From Takakia lepidozioides (taxonomy: Eukaryota; Plantae; Bryophyta), in contig CM060732.1 of NCBI GenBank assembly GCA_030704615.1, positions 4,774,001 to 4,838,000 of the forward strand: a DNA stretch of 64,000 nucleotides, read 5' to 3'. Positions 50,935 through 64,000 of the stretch are shown here, one piece after another. The notes under the pieces are model-generated. The model was not told the DNA's origin. It did no database searches and saw only the letters and a list, made by a program, of their open reading frames with translations. The first letter of the stretch is position 1, and the number at the start of each line of letters is the position of its first letter. The position numbers were made by a program, and so were the translations under genes.

Positions 50935-52690
50935 GGGAAGCCTGTGCCGCTGGCCCAAGTGTCATCGCAATCCCTTATGTATCCCAAGTGCCTCTCCTAT
51001 GTCGAGGCCCATCTAAGCCCAAGTGCAATCTTCTATTTGGATAAGTGCAATCTTCTATTCATGTATCCAAGTGCATCTCCCATGTAGAGCCCCATTTGTC
51101 CACTGTCATCTAAGCCCAAGTCCAATCTCCTATGTATCCAGTGCAATTTCCTCTATATCCAAGTGCGTCTCCTATGTCGAGGTCCAAGTGCAACCTCTAG
51201 GCCCTAGGCTAGCATGTGCCGTTGGCCCAAGTGTCCACTGTCATCTAAGTCCAAGTGCAATCCCCTATGTATCAAAGTGCGTCTCCTCTATCGAGGCCCA
51301 AATGCAACCTCTAGGGTAGCCTTTGTCGCTGGGCCAAAGTGTCCAATGTCATCTAAGTAAGTTTTTTTCCACATGGCCCATGACCAGATTTGGCCCAAGT
51401 GTCGAGTGTCATCTAAGTCCAAGTGCAATCCCCTATGTATCAAAGTGCGTGTCAAGTTATTTTACCACTAATGTGAAATTATTTAAGAAATAGCTAGCTT
51501 TTACGTATTGACATTTGGGATTGGCCCAAATATCAATCCAAGGGTCAAGGCAGATTTAGGCCCTGGAGTGGTTATCTTCACGGCAAGCGCGGGAGGCTCA
51601 TCTTTCTCGAGTTGAGCCTCACCGCGCCTAGCTATCGCGCCTAGCTATGGCGCCGTAGTGTGGATTCCCCATAGCGTGGGGTGCACTTGGCTTGACTTGT
51701 ATTTGAGTGATGAGGTTATATGTGCATGAGTTTATGCTTCAGCTTTGTGAGCTCGCATGAGCTTGTGCTTGTATTCTTCTTCTTTATCATTGTGTGGACT
51801 AGTGACTGCCATAGTGGGCAACATAGTGGCAGCCTAATGACTGACTAGTTATAGCCTAGTGGTTGGACTAGTGGCTGAACTAGTGGTGGACTAGTGGTAT
51901 ACTAGTGTGTGGTGTGCACATGTGTTGTGTGGTTTTGGACAGCGATGTAGTTGTGTAGCGATATGTATGCGCACGACAGTTTTGTTTTGTTTGTTTTGTT
52001 TTGTCACGTTGAGATGTCCCAAACCGCGGGGCCCCAGCCCTGATGCTTGGTACCGTTGGAAAGCCCTCGACGAGGAGGGGTGCGTGGGCTTCGTCTCATG
52101 ATTTTTGGACCTGCGGTGTGGGAGATGTGGAATTCCAAGTACTTTTGGTCGCTGGAAATTCACGAAAATTTGCGAAATGGGCATTCATGGACAATGGTTG
52201 GAGCCTCGACGGGAGAGATATCAAGGGAAAGGTCTCCGGTTCAAATCTGGTCGTAGGCTCTGTGGAAAAAAAATGATTAGATAGCTTGTTTCATATATTG
52301 ATGCACTTGGACTTAGATGACACTGGACACTTGGGCCAACGGCACAAGCTACCCTAGTCAATATATGAATCGAGACGTTTGTTTGTTTGTTTGTTTTATT
52401 TTGTTTTGTAGCGTTGAGATGTCCCAAACCGCATGGCCCTAGCCCTGGTGCTTCGTACCATTGGAAAGCCCTCAACGAGGAGGGGTGCACCGGCTTGGTC
52501 TCATGTCTTTTGGACATGCGGTGTGGGAGATACGAAATTCCAAGCACTTTTGGTCGCTGGAAATTCACAAAAAATAGCAAAAATGGCAAAGTGGGCATTC
52601 CTGGGACAATGGTTGGAGCCTCGACGGGAGAGATATCAAGGGAAAGGTCTCCGGTTCAAATCTGGTCGTAGGCTCTCTGGGATATATATA
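50935..52690. repeat. Complex repeat: ~20-40 bp CCAAGTG-based tandem units, a CTAGTGG minisatellite and a ~290-bp duplicated block
   Basis: cccaagtgtccactgtcatctaag repeats at 50950-51450 (inverted at 52300-52350); CTAGTGG units at 51800-51907; blocks ~51980-52262 and ~52380-52680 nearly identical. Confidence 0.85.
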
Positions 52691-52929
52691 TATATATATA
52701 TATATAGGTTTATTTAAAATTAATTTAAATTCAATTACATTATGGAATGGCTTGGTGTCGATGGGGAGACAAATGATTTATTCGTCTGTTGTGTCTCCGC
52801 ACATGTGTTGCACACATGTTCAAGCACATGCGGGCAAAAGAGGGGCTTCAACCACATCCGTTCAATAGGTGCAATAGCCGTGCACGCATTGCAGGATTTC
52901 TTTTTCGCAATGAACAAAAACCAGATGAC

Positions 52930-55470
52930 AACTGAACGCCTCATTGGCCCATCGAACGAATTTCGATTGATCTCATATTACACTGGGACATTGAACACAC
53001 TGGCCAAGTCTCAAAACGAACGAAAATCATTTGGATGGGCAACCATCCGTCGGCCCATTGAACGAATTTCGATTGATCTCATATTACTCTGGGGCCTCTT
53101 CCATGGCACATTGAACATACTGGCCAAGTCTCAAAGCGAACCAAAATCATCTCGATGGCCAACCATCCGTTGAGCCATCGAATAAATTTCGATTGATCTG
53201 ATATTAGTCCGGGACCTGTGAGAGGGTGTCTCGAACGTACTGGCAAAGTGGATCAATCAAAAATGCCCCAAAAACAAAGTGTTCTCTTCGCTCACTGTTG
53301 CAGAACTCTCTATGAAGAGTGCATGAAGCTGAACACAAATCAAGTTTGGAGTGCAAAACAGAGAAGAACCTGTGGTTTTGGGTCCAAATGAATTATGTTC
53401 GCTCCCAAATTTGGCACGCACGTTGCATATGGCTACATTACATGCCCCGTTCAAAAACCGATTGAAAAAAAAATCGTGAGCACGCGAAACACAGTCTAAC
53501 AGGTCCCAAAACAATAGCAGATCTAGCGGAATACATTCAATGGGTGAACGGATGGTTGCCCATCCAAATCATTTTTTTTTGCTTCCAAACTTTGCCAGTA
53601 CGTTTGAGACACCCTCTCACAAGTCATGGACTAATATCAGATCAATCGAAATTCATTTGATGGCTCAACGGATGGTTGGCCATCCAGATGATTTTGGTTC
53701 GCTTTGAGACTTCGTCAGCATGTTCAATGTGCCATGGAAGAGGCCCCAGAGTAATATGAGATCAACCGAAATTCGTTCAATGGGCCAATGGATGGTTGCC
53801 CATCCAAATGATTTTCGTTCGCTTTGAGACTTGGCTAGTGTGTTCAATGTACCCTCTGATAGGTCCCAGTGTAATATGAGATCAATCGTCAACGATTGAT
53901 CATGAATCATCCAACAGGGGAACTGTTGGTTCACCCTTTGAACCATTTAACATTGACATCATACTTGTCCAGTAACTTTAAGAGGGCATGTACAAGACAC
54001 TCGCAAAGTTTCAAATGAATCCAAAATCATTTGGCAGGGGAATGATTGGTTCATCCATAGCCAATTTCAGGGAGTTCGAATTGCCAATTTGAGGGGCTGA
54101 AACTGCCAATCCAGGGGCTTCAATTGCCAATTTCAGAGGCTGCACTAGCTATTGCCATTTCACAGGCTACAGTTGCAATTTGAGGGGCGGGAATTGTCAT
54201 TGGGGGCAAGAATTACCAAAGCAATGACATCCAAAGCAATATAAAATCATTTGATAGCGGAATGATTGGTTCACCCTTTCAACCATTTTTTATTCACGTC
54301 ATACTTGTCCGGTACTTGTAGGAGGGCATGTGGCTGACACTTGCAAAGCTTCAAAGCAATGTAAAATCATTTGATAGGGGAACAATTGATTCACCCTTTC
54401 AACCATATTTTACTAACCTCATACTTGTCCGATACCTTTAAAATGGCATGTGAAAGACACTTGCAAAGCTTTAAAGCACTCCAAAATCATTCGATATGTT
54501 CATGATTGATTCACCCTTTTAACCACTTTAGATTGATTTGAAAAACTTGTAAGAGGGCATGTATGCAAAGTTTCAAATCAATTTAAAATCATTTGGTAGG
54601 GGGACGATTGGTTCACCCTTTAAACCATTTTAGATTGATGTCATACTTCTCAAAGACGTGTAAGAGGGCATGTAGAAGACACTTGCAAAGTTTTGGAGCA
54701 ATAAAATATCATTTCATCGGGGAAGTTTCCGTTCACCCTTTCATCCAATTTTGAATTGAACTGGATTTTTACTAATAAAATGATTTAGAGGGCATAGGAT
54801 TGTGGGGCGCAATGAGTGTGGGGCGCAATGATTTTGTTTTTGGCTTGATTTTGTTCTGTGAGTTGAACCCTCACACCACCACATCCTTGCCAAAAAATGT
54901 ACCAAAGAAAAATGTTTGGAAAAGAACGTTCATCATTTGCTCTATGCTCACTATTGCAGAACTCTCTATGAAGAGTGCATGAAGTTGAAAATAACTTCAC
55001 CTTGGAGTGCAAATGAGGGAATAAAATGTGTTTTGGATGCAGACGATGTCTGTTCATGGTGATATTTTGCATGCAACTCTTCATGTTGTTATCAAGCATA
55101 TGGCTTCAGAATGGAATTAAAAACAATTCATGTGCAGACGAAAGGTTGTTTCTCCTTATGAATTTGAATAACCAATTCAAACAACTTTGTTGAAGTTCAA
55201 CTTTGGTCCATATGTGCTTAAGTACGTACAAATCACGTACACAAAGTTGCAAGCGAAGAAATAATAATTTGCCCCCCGAACGACTCGTTAAACCTTTCAA
55301 CCAATTTTCAATCATGAATCATTGAATAAGGGAACTATTGGTTCACCCTTAGAACCATTTTAGATTGACCTCATACTTGTCCGGTAACTTAAAGAGGGCA
55401 TGTACAACACACTCCCAAAGTTTCAAATCAATCTAAAATCATTTGGCAGGGGAACTATTGGTTCACCCAT
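52930..55470. repeat. Fold-back-type element(s) built of ~120-bp tandem units
   Basis: Units in direct orientation at 52930-53250 and inverted at 53545-53890 around a core. Related ggttcaccctt..agagggcatg..caaagttt..aaaatcattt units at 53920-54745 and 55330-55470. Confidence 0.8.
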
Positions 55471-55479
55471 TGACCCGGT

Positions 55480-58400
55480 CACTATCACCAGTGCTTTGGA
55501 AGGAGGACCAAGAGATGAAGTCAACAAGGGCTTTCCGGGCACTTGTGGGTATGTAAGGACCCTGTGTAAGGCAGGACAATTGAAAGAGGCGCTGCACATT
55601 TTGCACCAACAAGGCATTGTGGCCAACTCAAATATTTATATCTGTCTCTTGCAGGAGTGCATCAACCTGAAAAAACTAGAAGAGGGAAAGCAGGTGCATG
55701 CCCATATTATTCAAAGAGGACCCAAGCCAACCATCTTTCTACTCAACAACGTTATCAACATGTACATCAAGTGCGGGAGCCTGGTGGACGCACGCCAAGT
55801 ATTCCATCAAATGCTGAACGAGACATTCATATATGGACAAAGATGATGGCAGGTTGTGTCAAGCATGGACATGTTGAGGAGGCTCTCAAAATCTATGTGC
55901 AATTGCGACACGAAGGCGTGACACCAAACAAGGTCACATTCATTTGCGTCCTCAATGGTTGTGCCAGCGTAGGAGCCCTGGAAAGGGGCAAAGAGGTTCA
56001 TGCTGATATCCTTAAAGTTGAAATTGCATCTGATATCATTTCGGAGAATACCCTTGTTGACATGTATGCCAAATGTGGGAGCATGAACGATGCACATCAA
56101 GTGTTTGATAATACGGCTGAACGGAATGTGGTGTTATGGAGTGCGATCATTGCTGGATGTGCCCAGCATGGTCATGGTATTGAGGCCCTGCATCTCTTTG
56201 AACGCATGCAACAGTAGGGCATGCAGCCAAACAATATCACTTTTATATCTCTTCTCTCTGTGGCGATGCAACCATGCACCTCTTTGCCCTTTTCCAGGGC
56301 TGCCAGGCTTGCACACGCATTGCAAACGCACACAAACGTGATGTGGTCAGGCTTCACCCCTTCCCCCATCATTTGCTCATAGGTCTCCAAAGCCTCCATC
56401 CCACGCCCCTGTTGTGCATACCCTGCAAGCATCGCGTTCCACGACACCACATCTTGTTTAGCCATTTGAAAACTCCCTTCGCATCCTTCATGCACCCACA
56501 TTTGGCATACATGTCCACCAGGGCAGTGTTCAGGATGACATCTGGTACAAATCCAGCTTTGACGATGTCACCATGGACCTCTTTCCCCTTTTCTAGAGCT
56601 CCTAGGCTTGCACACGCATTGCAAACACAAACAAATGTGTTGCGGTTGGGCTTCACCCCTTCGCACATCAATTGCTCATAGGTCTCCAAAGCCTCCATCC
56701 TTGCTGTGCATATCCTGCAATCATCGCACTCCACGACACCACATCTCATTCAGCCATACTGTCGAACACTCCCTTTGCATCCTCGATGCACTCACATTTG
56801 ACATACATGTCCAGCAAGGTAATGTTCAGAATGACATCGGGTACAATTCTAGATTTGACGATATCACCATGGACCTCTTTGCACCTTTCCAGGGCTGCCA
56901 GGCTTGCACACGCATTGCCAATGCAAACAAACGTTATGCGGTTGGGCTTCACCCCTTCGCACATCATTTGCTCAGAGGTCTCCAAAGCTTCCATCCCACG
57001 CCCTTGTTGTGCATATCTTGCAATCATCGCACTCCACGACACCACATCTCATTCAGCCACACTGTCAAACACTCCCTTCATACATGTCCACGAGGGTATT
57101 GTTCAAAATGACACTTGGTACAATTGCAGCTCTGACAATGTCGCCATGGACCTCTTCGCCCATTTCCAGAGCTGCCAGGCTTGCACACGCATCGCAAATG
57201 CACACAAATGTGATGTGGTCAGGCTTCACCCCTTCCCCCATCATTTGATCATAGGTCTCCAAAGCCTTCATACCACGTCCTTGCTGTGCATACCCTGCAA
57301 GCATCGTCTTCCATGACACCACATCTCGTTCAGCCATAGTGTTGAAAACTCCCTTCGCATCCTTAATGCACCTACATTTGGCATACATGTCCACCAGGGC
57401 AGTGTTCAGAATGACATCTGGGACAATTCCAGCTTTGACGATGGTCCTTTTCCAGAGCTCCCAGGTTTGACATGTTGACAAGGGTGTTGAGAAAAACACT
57501 TGGCGTGAATCCACTTTGGATAATGTAGCACCTGCTTTCCAGCTTCCAGACCTTTCATCTTGATGCACTTAAGCAAGAGACAAACAAACGTATCTGAATC
57601 TGCTGAAATGCCTTCTACCTTTGGCATACATGTCCACGAGGGTATTGTTCAGAATGACATATGGTACAATTCTAGCTTTCGCGATGCAACCATGCACCTC
57701 TTTGCCCTTTTCAAGGGCTACCAGGCTTACAAATGCGCACAAACGTGATGTGGTTGGGCTTCACCCCTTCCCCCATCATTTGATCATAGGTCTCCAAAGC
57801 CACCATCCACGTCCCTGCTGTGCATTGCGTGCCACGACATCTTGTTCAGCCATAGTGTTGAAAACTCCCTTCGCATCCTTGGCGTGAATCCACTTTGGAT
57901 AATGTGAGTGTGCACCTGCTTTCCAGCTTCCAGACCTTTCACCTTGATGCACTTAAGCAAGAGACAGACAAACATATCTGAATCTGCTGGCATATATGTC
58001 CACGAGGGTATTGTTCAGAATGACATCTGGTACAATTCCAGCTTTCACAATGCAACCATGCACCTCTTTGCCCTTTTCCAAGGTTGCCAGGCTTGCAAAT
58101 GCGCACAAACGTGATGTGGTTGGGCTTCACCCCTTCCCCCATCATTTGATCACAGGTCTCCAAAGCCACCATCCCACGTCCCTGCTGTGCATCGTGTGCC
58201 ACGGCACAACATCTTGTCCAGCCATAGTGTTGAAAACTCCCTTCGCATCCTTGGCGTGAATCCACTTTGGATAATGTGAGTGTGCACCTGCTTTCCAGCT
58301 TCCAGACCTTTCATCTTGATGCACTTAAGCAAGAGACAGACAACCGTAGTGAAGGCCTTCATCCACTAGGAACCAGGTGTGATCCTGAACACTGCCCTGG

Positions 58401-59945
58401 TGGACATGTATGCCAAATGTGGGAGCATTGAGGATGCAGAGGGAGTGTTCAACAATATGGTTGAACGAGATTTGTTGTCATGGAACGTGATGCTTGCAGG
58501 ATATGCACAGCAGGATGTGGGATGGAGGACTTGGAGACCTATGAGCAAATGATGGGGGAAGGGGTGAAGCGCGACCACATCACGTTTGTGTGCGTTTGCA
58601 GTGCGTGTGCAAGCCTGGCAGCCCTGGAAAAGGGCAAAGAGGTGCATGGTTGCATCGCCAAAGCTCGAATTGTACCAGATGTGATTCTGGACAATACCCT
58701 CGTGGACATGTATGCCAAATGTGGGAGCATTGAGGATGCGAAGGGACTGTTCAACAATATGGCTAAACGAGATTTGGTGTCATGGAACGCCATGCTGGCA
58801 AGATATGCACAGCAGGGCGTGGGATGGAGGACTTGGAGACCTATGAGCAAATGATGGAGGAAGGGGTGAAGCGCAACAACATCAAGTTTGTGTGCGTTTG
58901 CAGTGCTTGTGCAAGCCTGGCAGCCCTGGAAAAGGGCAAAGAGGTGCATGGTGACATCCTCAAAGCTGGAATTGTAACAAACGTCATTCTGGACACTGCC
59001 CTGGTGGACATGTATGCGAAGTGTGGGTGCATTGAGGATGCAAAAGGAGTATTTGACAATGTGACTGAACAAAATGTGGTGTCGTGGAATGCGATGATCG
59101 CAGGATATGCCCAACATGGTTGTCATAGGGAGGTCTTGCAACTATTTGAAGGAATGTAGAAGAACGGCTTGAAGCCGGATAGTATCACATTTATCTGTGT
59201 TCTATCTGCATGCAGCCACACTGGCCTACTGAATGAAGGAAGACGCTACTTCGATTCCCGGAGTCAAGATCATGGTGTTACTCCGACAGTAAAGCACTTT
59301 GGCTGCATGGTGGACCTTCTTGGACGTGCGGGACAACTGGATGAGGCAGTGGACCTGATTAATAAAATGCCAATCAATCCAGAGGTTGTGGTCTGGAAGG
59401 CCTTGCTTGGTGCCTGTAGAATCCATGGCAATGTGGAGATGGCTAAACGTGTTGCAACATCTATCCTCAAGTGGGATGAACAGGTTGCCGCGACCTATGT
59501 GTTGCTATCAAACATCTATGTTGCAGCTGACAGGTGGGATGATACTGCAAAGGTGAGAAAAATGATGAAGGTTAGAGGGGTTAGAAAGGAGCCGGGTCGC
59601 TTCGGCATTGAGGTTGGCAACAGGGTGCACACCTTCGTTGTAGATGACAAGTTGCATCCCAAAATTAAGGAAATCCATGCTGACCTGAGAAGATTGTCTG
59701 GGCAGATGAAGGAGGTGGGGTATATGCCTAATACGCGCTTTGTATTGAATGATGTGGGGGAGGAGGAAAAGAAATTTTCTCTTTGCCACCACAGTGAGAA
59801 GTTGGCCATTGGTTTTGGGCTGATCAACACGACCCCTACGATGCCTCCTCCTCCACTGAATTTACAATTGCTATCAAACATCTATGCTGCAACTGGCAGG
59901 TGGGATCCATCTGAGCAGCAGAATGTTCTCTCTGCATTTTACTAG
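55480..59945 (+). pseudogene. PLS-E-DYW PPR pseudogene with internal inverted PPR block; DYW truncated
   Basis: LCKAGQLKEAL N-terminus, NTLVDMYAKCGS repeats, VLSACSHTGL, HFGCMVDLLGRAG, WKALLGACRIHG, PG box (KEPGRFGIEV) and HHSEKLAIGFGL. No CxxC or DYW end; TAG stops at 56215 and 59157. Confidence 0.9.
56260..58345 (-). pseudogene. Inverted, tandemly re-duplicated PPR (P-L-S) segments
   Basis: Minus-strand ALVDMYAKC, WNAMLAGYAQQGRGMEALE and CASLAALEKGKEVH repeats; VCLLLKCIK.KGLEAGKQVH occurs three times. Confidence 0.9.
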
Positions 59946-60164
59946 CGCCTAACAACAAGCTGTATGTCCCATCACATTTCACATGAGCTTGTTCTTCTTT
60001 GTACACCAATTTGACACATAGAATAGTACCTGTTATGTGCTACCTCTCTTTCTCAAAAAGATGCAGAGAGGAAAGGGAGATTGTCAATGCCTAATGTGAG
60101 GGTGGCCTGAAGACAATATCCATTTTCTGCTACAATGTCCGGGGGTATTCTCATCAGGCTGAGC

Positions 60165-60430
60165 CTGAAGCACTGACCCTCTCTGAACTTGTTTCCAGTC
60201 TGTGACATAGGAGAGGCCATCATGGATAACCTCAAGGGTTTACCCACCTCGGCACTAGACTGAAATCTAAACTCGGGGCAGGAAGCCTACCTTTGAACAA
60301 CAAACAGATGCAGTGAGGAAAGAGGGATTGCAATTGCCCGTTGTGTGGGCAACCTGAAGACACAGGGATAGCATTGTGGCCGTGCCCCCAATCTGGGCGG
60401 AACAAGAGCAAACCTTTGTGAGGGGCTCAC
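60165..60430 (+). mobile_element. Further truncated copy of the LINE 3' end
   Basis: ctgaacttgtttccagtc..ctcaaggg..ctcggcactagactgaaat..gcaattgcccgttgtgtgggcaacctgaagac matches 45393-45572. Confidence 0.8.
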
Positions 60431-60624
60431 TCCAATAGCAATATCCATCAACATGACTCGAATATTCATCAATGTGAGTAATACGAGCACTTATGTGATA
60501 CACTTGAGGGCTTAGTCCAGCTGAGATACTAACCCTCGTGGAGCCAGTTCTGGGAGCTCTTGCGAAGCAGCTCAGCCGCCATCGCCATCGTCCAGAGAAA
60601 ACAAGCACGAGTATTGTGCCGTGC

Positions 60625-60950
60625 TTAGGGCAGAGAGGCGGTTAGCAAACCATCCCGTGATTTCATCCACTGGGATGAAATTTTGCACTTCATTAGAGTT
60701 ACATCCTCTTAGGTTTACATCCGTTAGGGTAACATCTAGGATGGATGTAATCCGTCATGGATGAAAAATTGCAGGCTACATCCTTAGTGGTAAAACTCAA
60801 GACAATAATTCATCCAGTTAGGGATTATACCTGGCATATTTTTCATCCGGTATGGATGAAATTCAAAACATATTCCATTAGGGATTAGAAAGAAGGTATT
60901 TCCAAACCAGGTAGGCTTAGGAAAAAAATTGTTAATCCCAAACAGATAAT
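60625..60950. repeat. Third patch of TCATCC..GGATGA hairpin repeats
   Basis: tttcatccactgggatgaaa and ttttcatccggtatggatgaaa, the latter sharing a 17-nt core with 44647-44663. Confidence 0.65.
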
Positions 60951-62233
60951 TGGAGAGAGGGAGAGAGGGGGGGCGCCCACCATCCAACCCCTGGTATGGC
61001 AGTCCCTTATGGAGTGAGGGTGGTATGCACTCACCCCGTAAGGGAGTGCATACCAGACCCATTCTCATAAGGCTCTCCCTCTACAATGTAGTTCTATCCT
61101 TAGACTTGAATACCAAAAAGATAAAAGGTCTACATTCTCTCTGCCCTCAGATCACGAGTGAACATTGGCATAGCATAAATCAAACTTGGCAAGAACTTAA
61201 AACGGAAGTTGGGGGCTTAGGAAATAAGGTCTGCGTCACTGATAATGCTGCCTTGTCTGTACTTCTTAGTTCTTACGGATCAAAGTTCTTCAAAGCAGTC
61301 TAATCTAGGAAGATAGTAACAGAAACTGGATAAAGAACATGTATGGTAGTTTAGAGCAACTCTTACTTTGTGTAATTATGAAAAGAACATTATGAAGGCT
61401 AGCCTTGAGATCCTAGTAACGAATGAAGAAAGAAAGTAGGTGGGTCTCTTTTGAACATGTTCATGAAAGCTCATAGAACAAACTACCTTCGAAGAGAAAT
61501 ATCCATATCCACATCGGTACTTTTTATCAAGACAGATTTTGTTCAAAACAATAATATTTGTCACTGAGTTTATGTAGGCAACTATTTTTTGTAAGAATGT
61601 ATCTTTGAATATACGGTCGTTATCTATTATATCAAAATGCTAATGTCCACCGTAAACAATAAAACTTGGGCATGTGTATAACTTCAAATAATATGGAAAA
61701 ACAAAATGTTAATGCAGAGAGGCAGACAAAATAAACGATGTACTCCGGAACAAACATGCATTAAATAAAAGTCCACCAAGATTTTTCATGAAACCGTGGC
61801 ATTAAATAAAAGTCCAAACTATTTGAAATCTACACCAATTGCAAATAAAGATGAAAAAAGATATCATATAAATGTTAACAACATTCATAATCCAAATCCA
61901 AATCTGCTTGTTGTATCAAAATGAGCCACAATCATTACACCGGTCAAATTAATCTTGAAATGAAATATAGAGAAAAAAAAATACAGAAAAGGGAAAAGTA
62001 CAGAAAAATACAGAAATACAGAAAAGGGGTTCCACTCCCCCACACTTCGTGGGCATAGATAGAGGTAGCTGCATCAAACAATGAAATACAGAGATGTGAC
62101 ATACAAAGATGTAAGACCATGGGATGACCCCCCCCTTTATGTACCAATTGAACGTAGTTCTCAGAATTCGTCGCTAGTAGTGCGGAGCAACACGAAGCCC
62201 TAGTATTAAAATTATGAGGGACTGCTGAAAAGT

Positions 62234-62650
62234 GGTGGGTAGCTTGGTGGTTGGATGCATCAACCATTAACATAGGGGTTCCAGGTTCAAACCATGGCCA
62301 TGGCACGATGGAAATTGTATATGTTCAAGGATTTGAATAAAGTACCATTAAATTTTTGTATCTCCAAGAAAATTCTAAGTCCCTCAAGCGGATCTCCGCT
62401 CCCCTACTCCCAATCGCTGCTCCCCTGTTCTCACATATGTACCGCTCCCCTGTGTTACCGCTCCCCTGTTATTACTGCCCGCTCCCTTGTGCTATTGCTC
62501 CCCTGTTATACTGCTTTGCTGCTCCAATTACTGGGGAGCAGAGGAGCGGGGAGCAATAACAGGGGAGCGGAGGAACGGGGAACAGAAGAGCGGGGCAGCA
62601 GGAACAGGGGAATGCCACAATGGGAACAAAAGAGCAAGAGCTGGAAAGGG
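62234..62650 (+). mobile_element. tRNA-derived (SINE-like) head plus GCTCCCCTG / CAGGGGAGC fold-back
   Basis: A-box-like TAGCTTGGTGG at 62240 and B-box GTTCAAACC at 62285; pyrimidine-rich half 62395-62525, purine-rich half 62532-62650. Confidence 0.5.
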
Positions 62651-62687
62651 GGGAGCCTGGGGGCGTGAAGCATACAAGAGGGAAGCC

Positions 62688-62870
62688 GGGTGGGAATTTG
62701 ACCACGGGCCCTCGAGGGGCCCTCCGGTTAGCTCCGGGGATCGTACCGGCAAGCCCCTCGAGGTTGGGTGGGAATTTGACCAGGGGCCCTCGAGGGGCCC
62801 TCCGGTTAGCTCCGGGGATCGTACCGGCAAGCCCCTCGAGGTTAGCTCCGGGGATCGTACCGGCAAGCCT
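62688..62870 (+). repeat. GC-rich 78-bp tandem repeat (2 copies + partial)
   Basis: gggtgggaatttgacca.gggccctcgaggggccctccggttagctccggggatcgtaccggcaagccc at 62688 and 62766. Confidence 0.9.
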
Positions 62871-63278
62871 CGCACGCGCGCATTAAACTCCCATCCTATG
62901 TCTCCCATCCTATATCTCATTAAACTCCCATCCTATGTCTCGTGTAAAACCAAAATAATCCCCCCAGGGTTTTAATTTTTTTCCCTCTAATAAGTCTAAA
63001 TAAAATTCATCCCAGGGCCACTGTCCCCTGTTCTCTGTATATATATATTAAAAAAAATTCCATAAATCTGCAAAAAACTTGAACAGTGTTCCATTCTCTT
63101 TCCAGATTAATTCAACATCCTACAGGCACTTGAAGAATCTCTGGACCTCATTCCTGTCAAAACGAGACAGGGCTCCATTACATGCAGGATCCATCACTCA
63201 TTCTTCCTCCTCCATAGACTGTCACCACATTACTTACATTGGAAATACAGGGACGAAAAAACATCCCACAAAGTTTTA

Positions 63279-63759
<481 letters not shown>

Positions 63760-64000
63760 CTGTAAGAGTGAATAAAGCACAGCAAGTATCACTACACCTC
63801 AGCCATCATTCTAACTCCCCTACAAATATGCAAACCACAATTCACCTGAGAGGTGTGTCTCCCTTAAATGGCTTTTCATTCACTGAATACACCGTTATCT
63901 CCATTCTCTACCCCAACACCCTATGACAATGAGCGGTTGGGGTTCTGCCTAGAGATGATTGGTTCCAGACATCAAATAGAAACCTTGGGTTCTAAGTCTA

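Noticed and set aside
62234-62305. Functional tRNA gene
   Set aside because: A/B boxes are present but I could not build a convincing cloverleaf.

Overview
Eukaryotic nuclear DNA from a land plant. The introns, a plant FLD-type demethylase, PLS-class PPR genes and an OPR point to a seed-free plant, probably a bryophyte (inference). Two genes look intact: an LSD1/FLD-like histone demethylase (7860-11449 +, 2 exons) and a 6-exon DUF760 plastid-type gene (27492-31715 +). Decayed host genes are anthranilate synthase beta, a RING-CH ligase, OPR and two PPR loci, one a PLS-E-DYW gene with a ~2 kb internal inverted, multiply duplicated block. The rest is largely nested TE debris: Ty3/Gypsy pol and gag pieces, a CACTA element with TIR and TnpD-type transposase, 5'-truncated LINE 3' ends beside (CT)n tracts, MITE-like and fold-back repeats. 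The least explained signals are: (i) a spliced pseudogene fragment with a ParB/Srx-like W-D-[G>D]-N-H-R motif; (ii) a repeat family built on CATCC..GGATG hairpins, including a 14 x 96-bp palindromic array and an array of nested homopolymer palindromes; (iii) three tandem F-box motifs next to a Gypsy pol; (iv) the inverted PPR duplication, a possible small-RNA source. No CRISPR, rRNA or real tRNA gene was found. All family assignments come from motif recognition by eye, not from database searches.
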